From Marsupella aquatica (lineage: Eukaryota; Plantae; Marchantiophyta), in contig OZ316898.1 in the NCBI GenBank assembly GCA_973895155.1, positions 15,282,330-15,346,329 on the forward strand: a stretch of 64,000 bases of DNA, read 5' to 3'. Made by a program: the position numbers and the translations under genes. Of the stretch, positions 38,241 to 52,468 are shown piece after piece (position 1 is the first letter of the stretch; every line of letters begins with the position of its first letter). A model generated the notes under the pieces. The model was not told where the DNA came from. It worked only from the letters and a program-made list of their open reading frames with translations, and searched no databases.

Positions 38241-41200
38241 CCGCCCTCTCCTCCTTGGTTGCTTACAGCTCTGCATTGAGCTCATGCACGACTTCAAACT
38301 CTATCTTATTCATCTTCTCGTAGGTTTGGTCAAGCATGTCATCCTTCTTACGCAGGTTGGCTTGAAAGTTGGCCAACATGGTGTCGAGGTCCTCCTTCAA
38401 CTTATCAATGCTTCTGTAGGCCTCATCCAAGTTGTCCTTTTTTTATGGAGGGCCGTGCGGAATTCTTTAATCTCCTCCTTTAGTGCCCGCTCCTTCCTCA
38501 GAGCTTTGATCATGGTTTTGTTGACGATCGTTAGGTGAGTAGCCTCTGCGTCTTTAAGCTTCTACTTCCACTTCTCCTTCTCCTTGAGAGCCTCGGCCAA
38601 ATGCCCTTGGGTCTGGGCAAGTTTATTCTTGATTAACTGGTTATCAGCCTTGGCCGTATCTAATTGCCCTTGCATGATGTTTATCTCATGCCTCCTAAAC
38701 TGCAACTCATGTTGAGCTTGCTTGGTTGCTTTTGGATCTCCAGCCTTGGCTTCCTTCTCTCTAAGCCGCCAAATGACCTCCTCCTTCATACTCTCCAAGG
38801 CCAGTGCTTCCTCCAACTGGCTCTTCTCCAACCTCTCCCTATTGAGAAAGGGCCCCAACTCTAACTCGTCACCAAAGACTTCGAGGGCGAGTAATTCGCA
38901 CATCCTCTTGTACTCCAAGACTCTGGAACGTGCATAGGTGAAGTGGTTAGGAGATGCCCACATCTCCCAACGCGGCCTTTGTTCCCAAGTAGTCCTCCAA
39001 ATCTTGCCAAATGTGGGCAAGGGCCCAACTTGGTCCTTTGCAAGCCGCCGAATGTCCTTTGGCCATCCTCTACTTGGCAAATTCTTCTCCTTGGCTAGGG
39101 TTGCCCTCTTTAGATCTCGGAGTTGCTCCTGCAACTCTTTGTTGGCCTGTTTTCTCCCATTGTAATTCAGAGGAGGGACGTTTGGTGGGGGAGACTCTGG
39201 GCTTCTCTGCTGTTGCAGGTCCCCACGCACCACTCTTGGAAGTGTGGGAATGAAACGGCCATAGGTCCGCACCCCTGGTACCAAACAATCTGACCCATAG
39301 CCAAAGTCATCCTCGTTGTATTCCTCCATGCCCTCCCTTCGGCCTGGAGTATTGGTGCCTATGGATCCTCTCTTGGGCTAGCTTCGAATGCGGCATCCTG
39401 TCGGGAATTGTGCATGTGTGCGATTCTCTCCTCCGGCTCCCACACCCGCCTTCCTCTCTCCTCATCATGACTTGGAACCTTGGGCCCTTGTCCCTTGGAT
39501 TCTGGTCTTGAGGCTCCCATGTACATTCGCACCCCTGGCTCATCTTCCGTCTTCCTTCTCATTACGCCCCTGAAAAACGGATCTGCTCTAGTGGGTCTTC
39601 TGGTTCCTCCCTCCCCAACCATGCCCTGTACCGGTGCCTCTACTACCATTGCTATCTTTGCCTTATAGATCATCTGCAACAGGCTTTGCATGGCCGGTTG
39701 CTGCATCGGCATGGGTTCCAGCATTGGCCTAAAGATCTGAGATATCATGGGGCTGCCTGGTGGTTCGGGATTCCTTGTTGCCGACATCGGCTCCGGCTCC
39801 TCCTCTGGTGCCCTTGCCTGTAGGGGGAGTGTTGGTGCAAAGGTCTGGCTCCAGGCATACCGGCATAACAACAGCATGTGATAACCAAGCCAAGATATGC
39901 TCCCTTGGGCTACCACTTGTTGTTCCTCTTTCAAGATCTTCTTTAGTTGGGCGAGGAGGTATCCATTGTAGTCCCGGCTTGGGTTTGGCCTCTCTGCCAG
40001 GTAAACCTGTGCCTTGCCAATCTCCGGTCTTTGCAGGTTACAATGCATTGTCACCCGCTGTCGTTGGGATGGAAAATAAAGGGAGGGAAGTGAAAACCTT
40101 GTTTTTGAGTTGGAGGTATTTGGTGATGGTTTGTGAATTGGAAGAGACTTTACTTTAAGAAGAAAACTGTAATATGACAAAAGAAGAATAGAAGGGAACA
40201 GAGATTACCTTTGGTTAGGAGAACTTTAAGGCAATTATTGTGGTAGTGACATGTGGTGGCATGGGAGGATTCAAAATTGATAAGGACATTGAGCACATGG
40301 CAGTTGAGGCGCGGAGGTTAGAGAGGACTTCAGGGAGGTCAATGAAACGGGCCGGGCATTTATAGATGGAAGAGAGGGATTGGCTGAGGGGATGTGAATG
40401 GTAAGGAAATCGGGGAGATCGAGAGGAGATCGTGGTCATTGGAAGAATTTTCTTTTTGTGTGTGGAACTCAAGGCTGGAATGAAGTGAATAGATTTTGTT
40501 TTTCAGTGAAGGAAAGCGGATGGAATTGTGGTGATTGCACGGAAGTTTTTCAGTGAAGGAAAAGAAAGCGTCTAGTTCAAAGACGATGGAGGAGAAAACT
40601 TAAGTGTAAATCGGTGACAATGCTGAGACTAAGATCGTGCAACCAAGATTATCTAAAAGCTAAGACTTGAGGACTTAAGATCAAGCATGATGGAGTATGG
40701 ACCCGAGAAACGGAAAGGAGTTCAGTGGCAATAAGGGAACTGGAGTCAAAGGGCGTTTGTTGTTGTTTAAATGGAGAAGATTGAATCCTTTTTTGGGGCT
40801 GCTGGAGAGGATCAAAAAGGGGAGGGGTTAAGGATGAGAAAGAGGGATTGTAGTGAAGTTAATTTTGGAATTCAGGCGAACTGAAGACAGAGGCAAAGAG
40901 AAAAGCGTAATAGCACTTGTGAGGAAGAGAAACTTTGGTACAAGAAGAGCGAGTGCTGATCAAACACACAAGTTGCTAGGCCCATAATGAAAAGCTCTGA
41001 AACAAGGAAACTACTGATAGCCCAACTTGGTACAATTTGAAGATTTATGTGGAGTTAGTGATACAAAAGACTGTTGGGTATGCATTCAACATAAGCGCTT
41101 CTGAACTAGAGTGCAAGTAAGGAGAGATTGAATGAGAGGAGATCGTTGTCATTGAAAGTATTTGTTTTTTGTGTGTGAAACTCAAGGCTGGAAGGAAGTG

Positions 41201-42874
41201 AATGGAAATTTTCAGTGAAGGCGGATGTTGAAGCTATGAAGGGCGAGAGTGATAAGAGATTTCAAAATGTGCTTGGAAAAAAAAGGAGTTTGGGGATGGA
41301 ACCGGGTAAGAGCGAGATGAAGAGAGAAGAATGAATTTTTTGAATGTTGCGGAAGAAAAAAGAATTAGCTGCCAAACGCTGCGAACGTGAATAGGAAGAG
41401 GACAAAGTGTGTTTTCTTCACCTTTTTCTGAAGAACGATGGTGTCAAGAGGGTCCCTAAATTTACCTGAAAGCTTCCAAAAAGAAATGAAGAAAATGAGT
41501 GGGCATGAAATTGCGCGTGGATAAGAGGACCGGATAAGGCTATGGTTCAAAGGCTTTAAGGATTGAAAACAAAGGAACGACATTGAGAGACAAAGGTCAT
41601 GGAATGGAGGTTGAAAGTATCACATCAAAAGTTTTATTTTACTAAAAGAGACCATGAGGTGCTGCAAAGAGGAGAAATGAGCCATTTATGAAATTAATCA
41701 AGAAATTTCAGTTAGAAATATGGATCACTCAGACCACTTTAGATTTGATGTTTTGGAGCTTTAGTAGTGACTTTGAAATAAGGAAATTATCTTCTTTTGA
41801 TGAGTGGAACCTGGTGATTTGATCAATTTTTAGATTAGGAACTGTCCGTTGCCATGGGATTTGAAGATTCTGGCCGTAGGTTTTTCTTGTTGTGGGATTG
41901 GAAAGTTGAGACAAAGAGGAGAGGGCTTGAAGAAGAGGCTCGAGAAGTGAAGAAGAGAGATGAAGACAAAAGGGAGGCTCATCGGCGAATGAGGCTCTGT
42001 AGCAAATGTCTAGGCAAAACAATTGACGACTGACCTGATGAACTGAGACTGACCTGAGCTGAGATGACGTCGGAAATGTAGAGTTTGAGACAACTTCAAT
42101 CCAAAGAAATAAATAAGTGGCTTACCCATTAAAATTGATTGTAACTTTTGAGTTTAAAAATGAAATGGATGTTAAATCAAAATGAATGGATGAAAGTAAT
42201 TTATTTAAAAAGTTTTTCATTCGAACTAAGCTTAAAAGAGGATTTTGTTTTGTATAGAGAACTGACGGAGCTGAACTGGGCTAAAGTTCTCTGGTTTTGT
42301 GTTGGGTGGGTCTTTGGATTGCCATTGATGGTCGATCTTGCTACTGGGAACTGATTGCTTCTACCTCCAAAATGGAGGTTCTCATTGCTATCTTTTGACA
42401 CCTTTTTTTGATCATTGGCCGTTGTAACGCGGTGGACTCGCGCGATAACCTAGATTAGGTCCCAAAGTACTTAAGTAATCATAGCAAAGGTTTATAGGGT
42501 TTAAGTGCTTTGCTTACACATTGGTTTCTATAAGCGGTGAGACTATAGCTCATTTCTCGGGTAACAGGGTATTTTGTTTGCTCCGACCGCGTTTCTCTTG
42601 CCGTGGCATCAGTATTGAACGATCACGTAGAACAAGGGGAGATTGGTGCGGATCACGCTGTGGTAGCTGCGATTCTTGTCATTTCTGGTGAGCCCTTGCC
42701 TTCTCCCTCGAAGATCCCTGCTTTTAAGCTTGCGCTTTGACGTACTCATTCACATAAGAATTCTGAATTTTACACCAATTCTATAGTGCCATTCCCTTCA
42801 TAACCTTTCCTTTTCTTGCTGGAATCAGGGTCTCTCTATCACGTGCCTCATACCCCTATCTTGGGTGATATATT

Positions 42875-43562
42875 ATGGCATATCCATCTCGTAACTCGAT
42901 GGCCTCTGGAGGTCGGGGAGCTCTTATGTCGGGCCCAGCCTATCTCCATGAGGTGAAGCTCAACGTGACGCAGCTCAACGCGATGCTGAAGGTGGAGCCG
43001 GACATTGGCTGGATCCCAGGTCAAATGCCCATCAAACACCCCCTGTTCATGAGCTTGCTTTACCCCTCTAGTCATCACCTCATGAGGGGAGCTACTTTGG
43101 CCAAGACGTCCGCTCTAATTCGGCCAACATTTCGCGCCTGCCTCCACGGGGGTCAACTGCTCCTGGTCACGACTCTGAACCAATTCAGAGTTGGTTCGGT
43201 CTGAGGCCTACACGGAACCACACTAATGGATTTTTGCGTTGGGATTCCAAGCAAGCCCCTCCTGAGGTATCAATGGATGCTTTGGAAGGTTGCAAGGCAC
43301 CTACTTATGGCGATTTCCATAGAGAGGACATTGGCAAAAGGATGGGTCCAGAGGAGTAGGATACACACATGGATGATTGGCAGGAGACTGAATCTCAGGC
43401 TTGCAAACGCGAACGGACCGCTGCTCACCTCAAGATGGAGGAGGCAGAGGCGTGCATCCCCCTTCTGTGACAAATTTCAAATCTCACTATCCAGGATTGG
43501 CCATCTAAACTACATACCACTATTCAATGGTCCCTTGAAGAGGCTGCTGAAACAGTGACCAA
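42875..43562 (+). pseudogene. 5' part of a second LINE ORF1, cut by the CACTA insertion
   Basis: 43471-43560 reads QISNLTIQDWPSKLHTTIQWSLEEAAETV, homologous to EIGEVSKGDWSTKLVATVEWTLEEAANNV in the LINE at 23239-23326. Confidence 0.65.
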
Positions 43563-44388
43563 CACTAGTAGAAACCGGGGGGTATTTAGACCCCATTAAA
43601 CGACTATTCAGTACCGTATAGGACTTGGAAACGACTGGGAAGGACTCTAGTCCTTTATAGGACTGCGAGTCGTATGTTTTGTTACTATAATCAACTGAGT
43701 CCTTTATAGAACTGGTTTATAAGTCGTTTAATAGACTGGATTTTCAGTCTATTTTAGTCTTTGTGTGGGTAGCTTTGGTGAGTCGTTTTCAGTCTTTTAT
43801 GGGCTGCGATGATGAGTCGTTGGGAACGACTAAAAAGGTTATGGAGGGTAGTCTTTAAATATACTTTGTGGGGTAAGTATAAGTCTTTCATGTCAACTGG
43901 ATATGAGTGATGAAGACCCCACTATACTACTTGGAATGAACTCACTCTTGTGCACAAATAACATATTGCATTCATGTTTTATTGTGTACTTGGAATGAAC
44001 TCACTCTATAAATTCACCATTCATCATGTTAACATTAGAATACATAGTTTCAGAAAGCCATCTTCTATACCATGTACACTAATATGAATTCACAGATTCA
44101 AACTTCATAGACTACAAAGAAGGTCACAAAGTATTCCTCTATACCATACACACTAATACTGAAATGATAAAATAGATTCAAGTATCATAGACAATCACCA
44201 TAGAGCCATAGTTTGACATCAATCACTTGTTTCATACATACAGAATTCAGAAATATCAATGTCACACACAACGTCTCCTTCATCCTCTTTACCAAATGGA
44301 AAAATTGGTACAAATATTTCTTGGATCTTTCCAAGGCAATGTCAAAATGTGACACAATTCACATGATTCTATCTACACTTGCATTCAG

Positions 44389-47300
44389 TCACTGCAGACT
44401 AACACACTCTGATGGCCAGAGCACAAGAGATCCTACTGCATCTGCAATTATTTCCTGAGGTGGATCATCGTCTCTATTCGGAAATGGCAAATTACAATCA
44501 GATACAATCACTGTAGTCAACAACACTACTACATGGTCATCCGGGACCACTTTGCCATGGAATTTTGCATGATCCGGTCGCAAAATGCCTGTACCCACAC
44601 ATACCTGCGAGTCATCCTCCCATGATAGAAGATTATGGACTGGCTCTACTGTGGCTATCACCTCCACCTTACCCTGGCTGTTTTTCTTGGCTTTCCTGGG
44701 TGGCTTATACATGACATTATTCATACCTTGGTTGCGAGTCATGACTTTGGCACGAGTGTTTTGTGCTGGTGATCGAGAATTGGCTACACTCTTCTTCAAA
44801 GAATCTGCATCCATATTTGACACTTCTGATTGTGTAGCAGGATTTCCCTACGACATCATCTCAGTATCTGCCAACATTGTACTTGCTTCAATTGAAGCAT
44901 CTACAATCTTACTTGCATCCAATGTTGCTCCCAAGTTTCGACGTCGCTTCACCCTACTCCCACTTGGTTGAGAGTCTGTCAACTCTGAATCAACTACAAT
45001 TCAGTGTCATGTCCAACATAAGTCAATCACTCATCACATGTGCTAAATGTACATGTCACCAACCACAAAGTTGTCACTATCTCCTTACCATTATGAACAA
45101 CCTTCTTCCCCTTCTTTGCCATTGCCATATGCTCCATGTCTGCTTCTGTTGATCAATAAACACACCACAATATTCAGGTTGAATCTATTAACCACTGAAT
45201 TGTTGCTCAACATTCATATAGAGGAATTTAAAGCATCAGCTTACCTGATATCTCCTTGGCTATGGTCACTGAGGCACTGGGCACATCTTCTTCATTATTG
45301 CTCTTTGAATCACCTGATACATCAATCATGATGTCACTTCAGATCCCAGTTCATCCAACCAGTTCTTACAGAAAAGATTACCTCCAACCGGCTTAAGCTT
45401 CACAAAACTCCATGCACTTTTCAAATGTAATGTACTGGATCATAGCAGGTTACCTGTCTCAGCAACCTTCTTGCCCTTCTGCTTACTGATTACAGGGTCC
45501 TTCTCTGCCTCCACTCTTCCTGCATTCAAACCATTCACTCAATTCATGAAAACTTACTTCTAACATTTGAACATAGGACACAATGAACATTGGGCCGGTG
45601 TCATTTCCATACCTGTGTCAGATTTGCCAATTCCCTTTTTTGTTAACAAGGGCACACTTTGTACAATGTTGCCCTCATTGTTTGGTTGGGAACCACCCAA
45701 TTTTTCAATCACAAGCTTGAAATTAGATTCCACTGATGCAAGAAGGTTCGCTACAGATGCCTCCACAATATCCAAACGATCAGCCAATTTACTTTCCACT
45801 CGAGGGAGTCCACACTCTAATGACTTCAACCGTTCACACATCTCTGTGAGAGTTGTAACAGTTCCCTGTCATAACACAGCTTACATATCTCAGATAACTG
45901 TCCCCAAGAACTGGTTGCTTACTTCCTACTACATTTCTTTCTGATGCTCAAGGCCAAATAGTCACAGAACATACAGAATTACAACATAATCACCTGTTTG
46001 GAAGTCACACTTGTCACCTCACTCCTTTGTTTCATGAACTCCTCTCTCACTTCTTGTGCTGATGGTTCTTCACCTGTCAATTTCTTCTGCAGTCCACATC
46101 AACATACATATGAATGAAACCAAGTGTTGATTGTCAATGAAAATGTAATAATGGTAGCAAGATGATAAGTTTGAGGCTTACTATCAGGCATGTCACTGCC
46201 TTACCAATTGTTCTTTCACTGGAGCATAACTTCCTCTCCCAGCCTGTGAAAGGTGTTTCACTTTGCCTCGAGCATTTGACATCAGTTCACTCTTGCTCTG
46301 TCCAGCCTCCGACATGAACCCTTTGATTAACTGTGTCCATTGATCCAGTTCCAATGATGGGGGTGGTGGCATTCTCCTGTTAGAACCATTGTCTATCCAC
46401 ATCCTTTTCAACCTATGCCTCTCTTGTTTCAAAATCCTCATTGCATAATCTGATATGCAATCTTCAACTGGGCCCTTACCATCATTACCAACATAGTCCC
46501 ACCGTTCAAGAATGTCCTTGCAGATAGCAGCCCAATCAGCTTTGTTCTGACTCCTAAACTCTGTAATGCTCAAATCTAACCAACGCAATACTTCTCCTCT
46601 TAGGTCAGAATGCCAACGGTTCTTACCATCACATGTGGGAGTTATCCAACCTTCGGAATTCACTTCTACTTTACCAAATTTGTTACTGTCTCCTGCCTTG
46701 GTACTCCCTGAAGCGCTACTAGGTGTCCCTCCACGGCCTGGTGTCCCCCCACGGCCTGGGGTCCCTCCACGGCCTGATCTCCCCCCACGGCCTGGATTGC
46801 ATTGTCCAAACCTCCCTGGAGTCCCTGCACATTTACAGGATCCATTTACAGTCACTTACATTAGGTAAGTATGAATCATAAATCCTGCTGCCAAATATAC
46901 ACTGGACTTCAGAGCAATTCTGCAATGACCAAGTTACCTCTCCCTTGGCGCATAGATGGTTCTGGACCACCTGTCCTATTGCTTTGTCTTGATGAATTAG
47001 GGCCGTTTCTCCCGCCTGTGAATGATTGCCGCCTATCTGAACGTGGATGGCCTTTGTTGTTTTCGTGATTGTCCCAATCAGAGTCTGCATACCAACAGGT
47101 ACATGCCACACTCATGGACCTGTAAGATAAACTCTTTGCCTAGCTACACATCAGATAAGTCCATATTGAGCTAAATCTCTACTACCATCACAAAATCACT
47201 AGCACAAGGCACTTACTTGTCCAATCATCCTCCTCACCTTTCCATTGCCCTCTGTACCCGTCTCTACCACGCTCTGGGTGTTCATATTCATCCCATCCAT

Positions 47301-47559
47301 CTTCTGCTCCATCATAGTCATCATCATAATTATCAGGCGTCCCTTGCCAATAACTCTGGCTCCTTCTAGGGTATGGATTATGTGATTTCTCTCTAGCTGC
47401 CCACCTACCTGGGACTTGATGAGGGCCCTGTGCATCCTGCATAGGTGCATTTTTCTGTGAGCCCCCTGCATCTGGGTCTCCATCCATATCCAATCTTTCC
47501 TCTTCACCCCACTCTCCAAGCCCCATGTCTGTCTCCATGTCATCACCCTCTTCCCCCAT
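44389..47559 (-). CDS. CACTA TnpA-like protein (multi-exon; exon borders partly uncertain)
   Basis: Acidic and GRGG-rich N-terminus, then ILKQERHRLKRMW..PPPSLELDQWTQLI...KSELMSNAR, a coiled segment, and a C-terminal FHGKVVPDDHVVV...LPFPN...IADAVGSLVLWP typical of TnpA/Tnp1. GT-AG introns visible. Confidence 0.75.
46724..46795. repeat. 18-bp tandem repeat encoding (GRGGTP)n in TnpA
   Basis: CCACGGCCTG... four copies. Confidence 0.85.
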
Positions 47560-47736
47560 AGCTTCTGCACAGCACCCACAACCAAACAGGGAGAATCAAC
47601 ACACTAAATTCAAAGTATCAATCAATTTCATGCATATCCAACTATCCTAAACATCATTCCAGGCAACAATTCCCGTTTTGTGACTCTATGCAGGTAGTCA
47701 TCCTCAACCTCATACTTGCCAATCGCCAGCTGTTGC

Positions 47737-50700
47737 CTATTGCAAATCATCAACCTCATCATATTCCATTTGCCCAGGTTCATCATATGTCTCTCTCAAT
47801 GTTAAGGGGATGTAGTCAGTCCCTACCCGAGTTGGAAGTACAGTCTCATGACTAGGATGCTCGAATGCAGCATGGTCATCCAAACTAAACTCTACTTTAC
47901 TTCCATCCATCCGCCTGTTCCGTGCTTGGCTATGGCATACCACCCTCCAGCCATGTGACTCCTCCACATCTGCAAAGAAAGCCTGTTCAACTTGGCTAGG
48001 GAAAACAAAAGGCTCAGACCATTCTGGTACTCTGGACCTAAAATTGGCCAACAAGAACCCATCATGATCACACTTCATGGTGGCCCTTGGTCTCTGCCAC
48101 TCTGATTTCACCCATGATCCCTTCATCAATATCACTGGGACACTTGTGTTACCATAATTCAACACCCAAATGTCGGTCAACTCCCCCACATAACCCATCT
48201 TCATCCACCCCCTCTGTTCTTCAGAGGTTCTCTGCTCAAACACAGAAATCAAACCACAATCATATGATACACAATGGTCACCCTGCTCATCCCTCACTCG
48301 ATAATGATTTCCATAAGCTCTCATCCGTTTGTAGGTCAGAATAGACAATCGTGGTGGCACAGATAGAAGATACAAATCCTTCTCCATATCTGGGTGATGT
48401 CTACTATGCTCTCGAATTGTCACCCGAATCCACTGCTTGAACTGTGGGAAGGGATCCTGCTGCCCAGAGTGTGCAGCTTTTTGCATATCATATTCCCTGC
48501 AATATGAGGTACAGGCATAGTTAGGTCTAAACAACACATGACAACCTAAGATCACCCTTGGAACAGACAAGAAGCATCACAACAAAGGCAAGTCAATTCA
48601 ATCACTCACCTCCACCATGGTTGCATAGGCTCTGTGTTTGCCAGCACATATGAATGAGCCTTGTCTTGAATCGCAACAGGCAGCTGAACAGCACGTCCCA
48701 CACCTTCAACAACCTCGCCACTCACTCCATCATCTTCACCAGATTTCCAAACTCTTGTCATAGCTTCACCAGACCCAGCCATGTACTCTGTTAGGAATCC
48801 CAACGTCTCATCCTTAATGTACCCCAATGCCATGGAAGCCTCTGGCCTGTAGTATGTTCTCACATGACCTTTCAACAACTTCATGTATCGCTCCATAGGG
48901 TACATCCATCTGGTACTGACTGGCCCATATTGCCCTAGCTCTTCTACCACATGGATTAGGAGATGAGTCATAACATCAAAGAAAGCAGGGGGGAAGTATA
49001 TCTCCAAGTCATAGAGGACATAAGCAGCATCCTGCTTCAACTGCTCCAATCCTTGGGGATCCCATACTTTCACACATATACGGCGAAATACATTGCACAG
49101 TCGAAGAATGACATTACGGACTGGTTTCTGCATGAGACCTCTGAGGCATAGGGGCAAAATGTGCTGCATCAACACATGGTAGTCATGTGTTTTCATACTG
49201 CCAAGTTTATTCTTTGTAATATGCTTCTTGAAGGCACCAGCATAGCCAGAGGGCACTTTCAGACAGCTCAATCTATACAAGAATGTCTTCCATTCATCCT
49301 GTGTGCACACATAGGGAGCTTGGAACTTGAGAAGTACATTGGGATTGCTTGCATGGGGCTTCAACCAAAGGTGAGGGCGAATCCCCTTCTGTTGCATATC
49401 AGCTCGAACTGCTCCTGTATCTTTCTCACCCGACAAGAACTTCAGCAAGCTCTCACAAATATTTTTCTCAATGTGCATGACGTCCACATTGTGTTTGCTG
49501 GGCTCGAATTCCTGCACTCCACAAAGCAAAGAATTCAACAACAGAAACACTAATTAACCACATAGGAGGATTGTAACCAACATCAATCCACCATTGCTCC
49601 AATCTAAAATTGCAATCATACAGGGGCTGGAGGCTAAGTACATTACCCTCCAGTACTCCAACTCCAAGTCCATCAAGGTCTGTCTTTTCACACCGTGTTT
49701 CACCACTGGATCCTCAGGTTCTCGATCAGTGGCACTTCTCTTGTCCCAATCAGCCTTCCTGGCTGCCCACCTCAAGACTTGCTCTCTGGTGATCCTCTGT
49801 GGTGGGCCACGAAGCTCTGTTTTGTTGTTGAAGTGTGCAATTTGAGACCGTGTGTGCCTGTAAGGATGATCAACAGGCAGAAACCTTCTATGCCCCTGAA
49901 ATTTCATACTGTGCAGGGCATGCGACCACTCACTTGTCACATTTTTCCCACATGGTGTGCACCCCACATAGCCCTTTGTCACTCGTCCAGATATGATGCC
50001 ATGGCCTGGGTAATCTGCTATATCCAGCAAACAAATTGCATGCAGTCTAAAGGGGCTGGGTCGAAGAAGCCCCTTCAAAACATCATGGGTTATAACACCC
50101 CTTCTATCCACAAAGTCTTCCACTCTTCCACTGCTGGAGCCAACATGATATCTATGAATTGCTCGGTCACAAAAGCTGGTCCAGGGATTAACAGCACCAT
50201 CATGACAAAAAACCTCTTTGTAGTCATCCATGGGGGAAGGTTGTAATTTAGCAGCGTAACCGGCCAACATGAGTAACGGTTGTTTTTGTCTCCAAATGGG
50301 TTTACTCCATCCAGTGATAGACCAAATCGAAAGTTCCGCTTCTCTGCAGCAAACTGTGGCCACCTCTCATCAACAAATTTCCAATGGTTGGAATCTCCAA
50401 TGTGACACTGCAGGCCATCACTGCTCTTGTTATCAGGAGTCCATGTCATCAGCTTGGAAATGGCAGGGCATCTAAACAGACGTTGTAGTCTAGGAATGAG
50501 AGGAAAATGACGAAGAACCTTGGCAGGGTGTGTACATTTCCCTACATTCTTGTACCTGTGCTTACCACAATGAGGGCATGTCAATTTATCTGCATGCTCT
50601 TTGCGAAAGAGAACACACCCATCAGGGCATGCGTCAATAGACACATAGTTCAGCCCAAGGTTAGACATCAATTTCCTAGCCTCGTACATATTTTTTGGAA

Positions 50701-51439
50701 TTGAATTACCATCTGGTAACACATTTCGGCGCAGGAAGGTCAACAACTCTGTCACAAATATATTGGGAACATTGTGATTGCCACAGATGTTCAACAACAA
50801 CACGACAAAACCCAGCTTGGAGCAGTTCGACCCCTCGTAGATAGGAATGCAAGCTTCTTTGATGTGTTTTGGGCCCCCAAACACCCACTCCCTCTCTGCT
50901 GCACCTTCCCCAATGTCAAAGTCAGGTTCAGCTTGGCCGTCGCCAATGTGTGGCTGCGGTTCATTGTCCTCTTCTGATTCCACTATGTCGTAAAAAGTAT
51001 CAAGGTCTTCAAAAATCTCTTGAACCATTCTTGGGACATCCATCCCACCGTCCTCAGTGACTGCCTCTGCATCTCCATCTTGGTCATCCACATTCTCATG
51101 TTGGACCCCAGGACCATCCTCTGCACAGTCTATGTCCTGCTCTACGTAGTCTCTACGCCTAGCTGTATTAGAATCCACAAAGTCAGCTCTCCACTCTTCA
51201 TCAGAGGAGTCTTCTTCTGCTGGTACATTCCAAACCCTCCACCGAGGGTGCCTTTCATGCCGCAGCAGGTGAAGGTGCACAGTGTTCAAACTCAACGACT
51301 TGAATCCTTGGCACTGTGTGCATGGGCATCTCATCCTCCTACTCCTACCTTGGGCGGCCCGGGCTTGTTCACGCATCCACAATTTAGAATCATGATGCCT
51401 AATCCTAAATGGGTTGTGAAGAGGCAACCTTGGAGCCAT
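47737..51439 (-). CDS. CACTA TnpD/Tnp2 transposase (transposase-associated domain, Transposase_21, DUF4218- and DUF4216-like); exons 51439-49647, 49511-48610, 48496-47737; one +1 frameshift at ~50098-50101
   Basis: Motifs RCPCTQC, IDACPDGCVLF, LRHFPLIPRLQRLF, LSLDGVNPF, SCWPV..NYNLPPW, DYPG, DVMHIEKNICE, MKTHDYHVLMQ, FPPAFFDVMTHL, RWMYPMERYM and EPFVFPSQVEQAFF. Confidence 0.93.
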
Positions 51440-51765
51440 CACTATACACACGCACTCAGCACCCTGTCATTTTATTATGCAAGTGAAAAATACACTTCCT
51501 GTTAAGGATTTCACCCCCAACTGTACTTGCCAAAATACGTAACGTTCCAAAAAAACAAAAAAACAAAAAATATAGGTGCCTGAGTCATGTACCTATTCTC
51601 AAGTGAATGAGACAAAATTCCTAAATGTTTGAGGGTGTCAACTCCTCCGCTGTCCTCACATGTACTGCCTCTGCACGTACATCCATGACCATATCAGAGT
51701 CCAATCATGTATAGTCATAGACACAGGTGCCAGGTGCGAGACCGGTGTGAGATGTCCTCATCTTA

Positions 51766-52299
51766 CTACCACATCAAATACGGATACCAATCCTGTTGTC
51801 GATGCCACTCAGCCCTGAGGTACTCAGGCATGTACATTAAGTCATCAAGGTCTAAACCCTGCTCATGCCATGGTGGTCTTCGATCCGTGCCTACAAGCAG
51901 TGGCAGCAGTGCCCTCCATGGTGCACATGTTGCTACCAAGTCCCTCCACTGGGTACTAATTAGTCTATATTTGCAGATATCTTGTGCGCCAGACACCACA
52001 AGAACCCTCGGCCAGACATGTGTAAGAACTATATCATCTGCCAAATCAGGCAACAAGGAACCACCTACAACATCGTGCTTGTCTAACTCATCTGCTGAAA
52101 AGTAAATGTCCTCTTCCGACTGTGCATCCTCATTCACCACAGCATTCACAACACATCCAAGGTCTGCAGGCATTATCTCGGATGGAGCTACACTCTGTCT
52201 GGTTACCAATCCACACAAGTAAGCCCAAGCAGTAGCCATGCACGATGCAACCCGTAGGAGGACCCTACATAGGGCCTGACGGTCTGGAAGAGGCAGCAT
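51766..52299 (-). CDS. F-box-domain protein (CACTA cargo)
   Basis: LLPDLADDIVLTHVWPRV......ICKYRLISTQWRDLV fits the F-box pattern. Single open exon; start codon uncertain. Confidence 0.7.
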   Translation of the reverse strand: MLPLPDRQALCRVLLRVASCMATAWAYLCGLVTRQSVAPSEIMPADLGCVVNAVVNEDAQSEEDIYFSADELDKHDVVGGSLLPDLADDIVLTHVWPRVLVVSGAQDICKYRLISTQWRDLVATCAPWRALLPLLVGTDRRPPWHEQGLDLDDLMYMPEYLRAEWHRQQDWYPYLMW

Positions 52300-52468
52300 A
52301 CCCACCAAAGTCTTCAGCCAAATAGAGCCCAGCAAGTAGATTCACAGTCACACCCCACGCAGCAGGAAACAACAATCACTTCAACTGCGACCAACCATGA
52401 CAAGATGAGTTAGTTCAAGGATCACATTTATTACAAAATTGTGTTTTATACAAAAATATGAGGGACTC

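Larger units (their letters stand above)
34786..40050 (-). mobile_element. Decayed second copy of the coiled-coil ORF cassette of 58136-62645, ending in a different LTR-like 3' end
   Basis: MHCNLQRPEIGKAQVYLAERPNPSRDYNGYLL, VPGVRTYGRFIPTLPRVVRGD and RHEINIMQGQLD match 59454-61910. The non-coding 3' part (35330-36060) matches 61910-62645. The unit ends ...ACCACCGTAACA. Confidence 0.85.
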
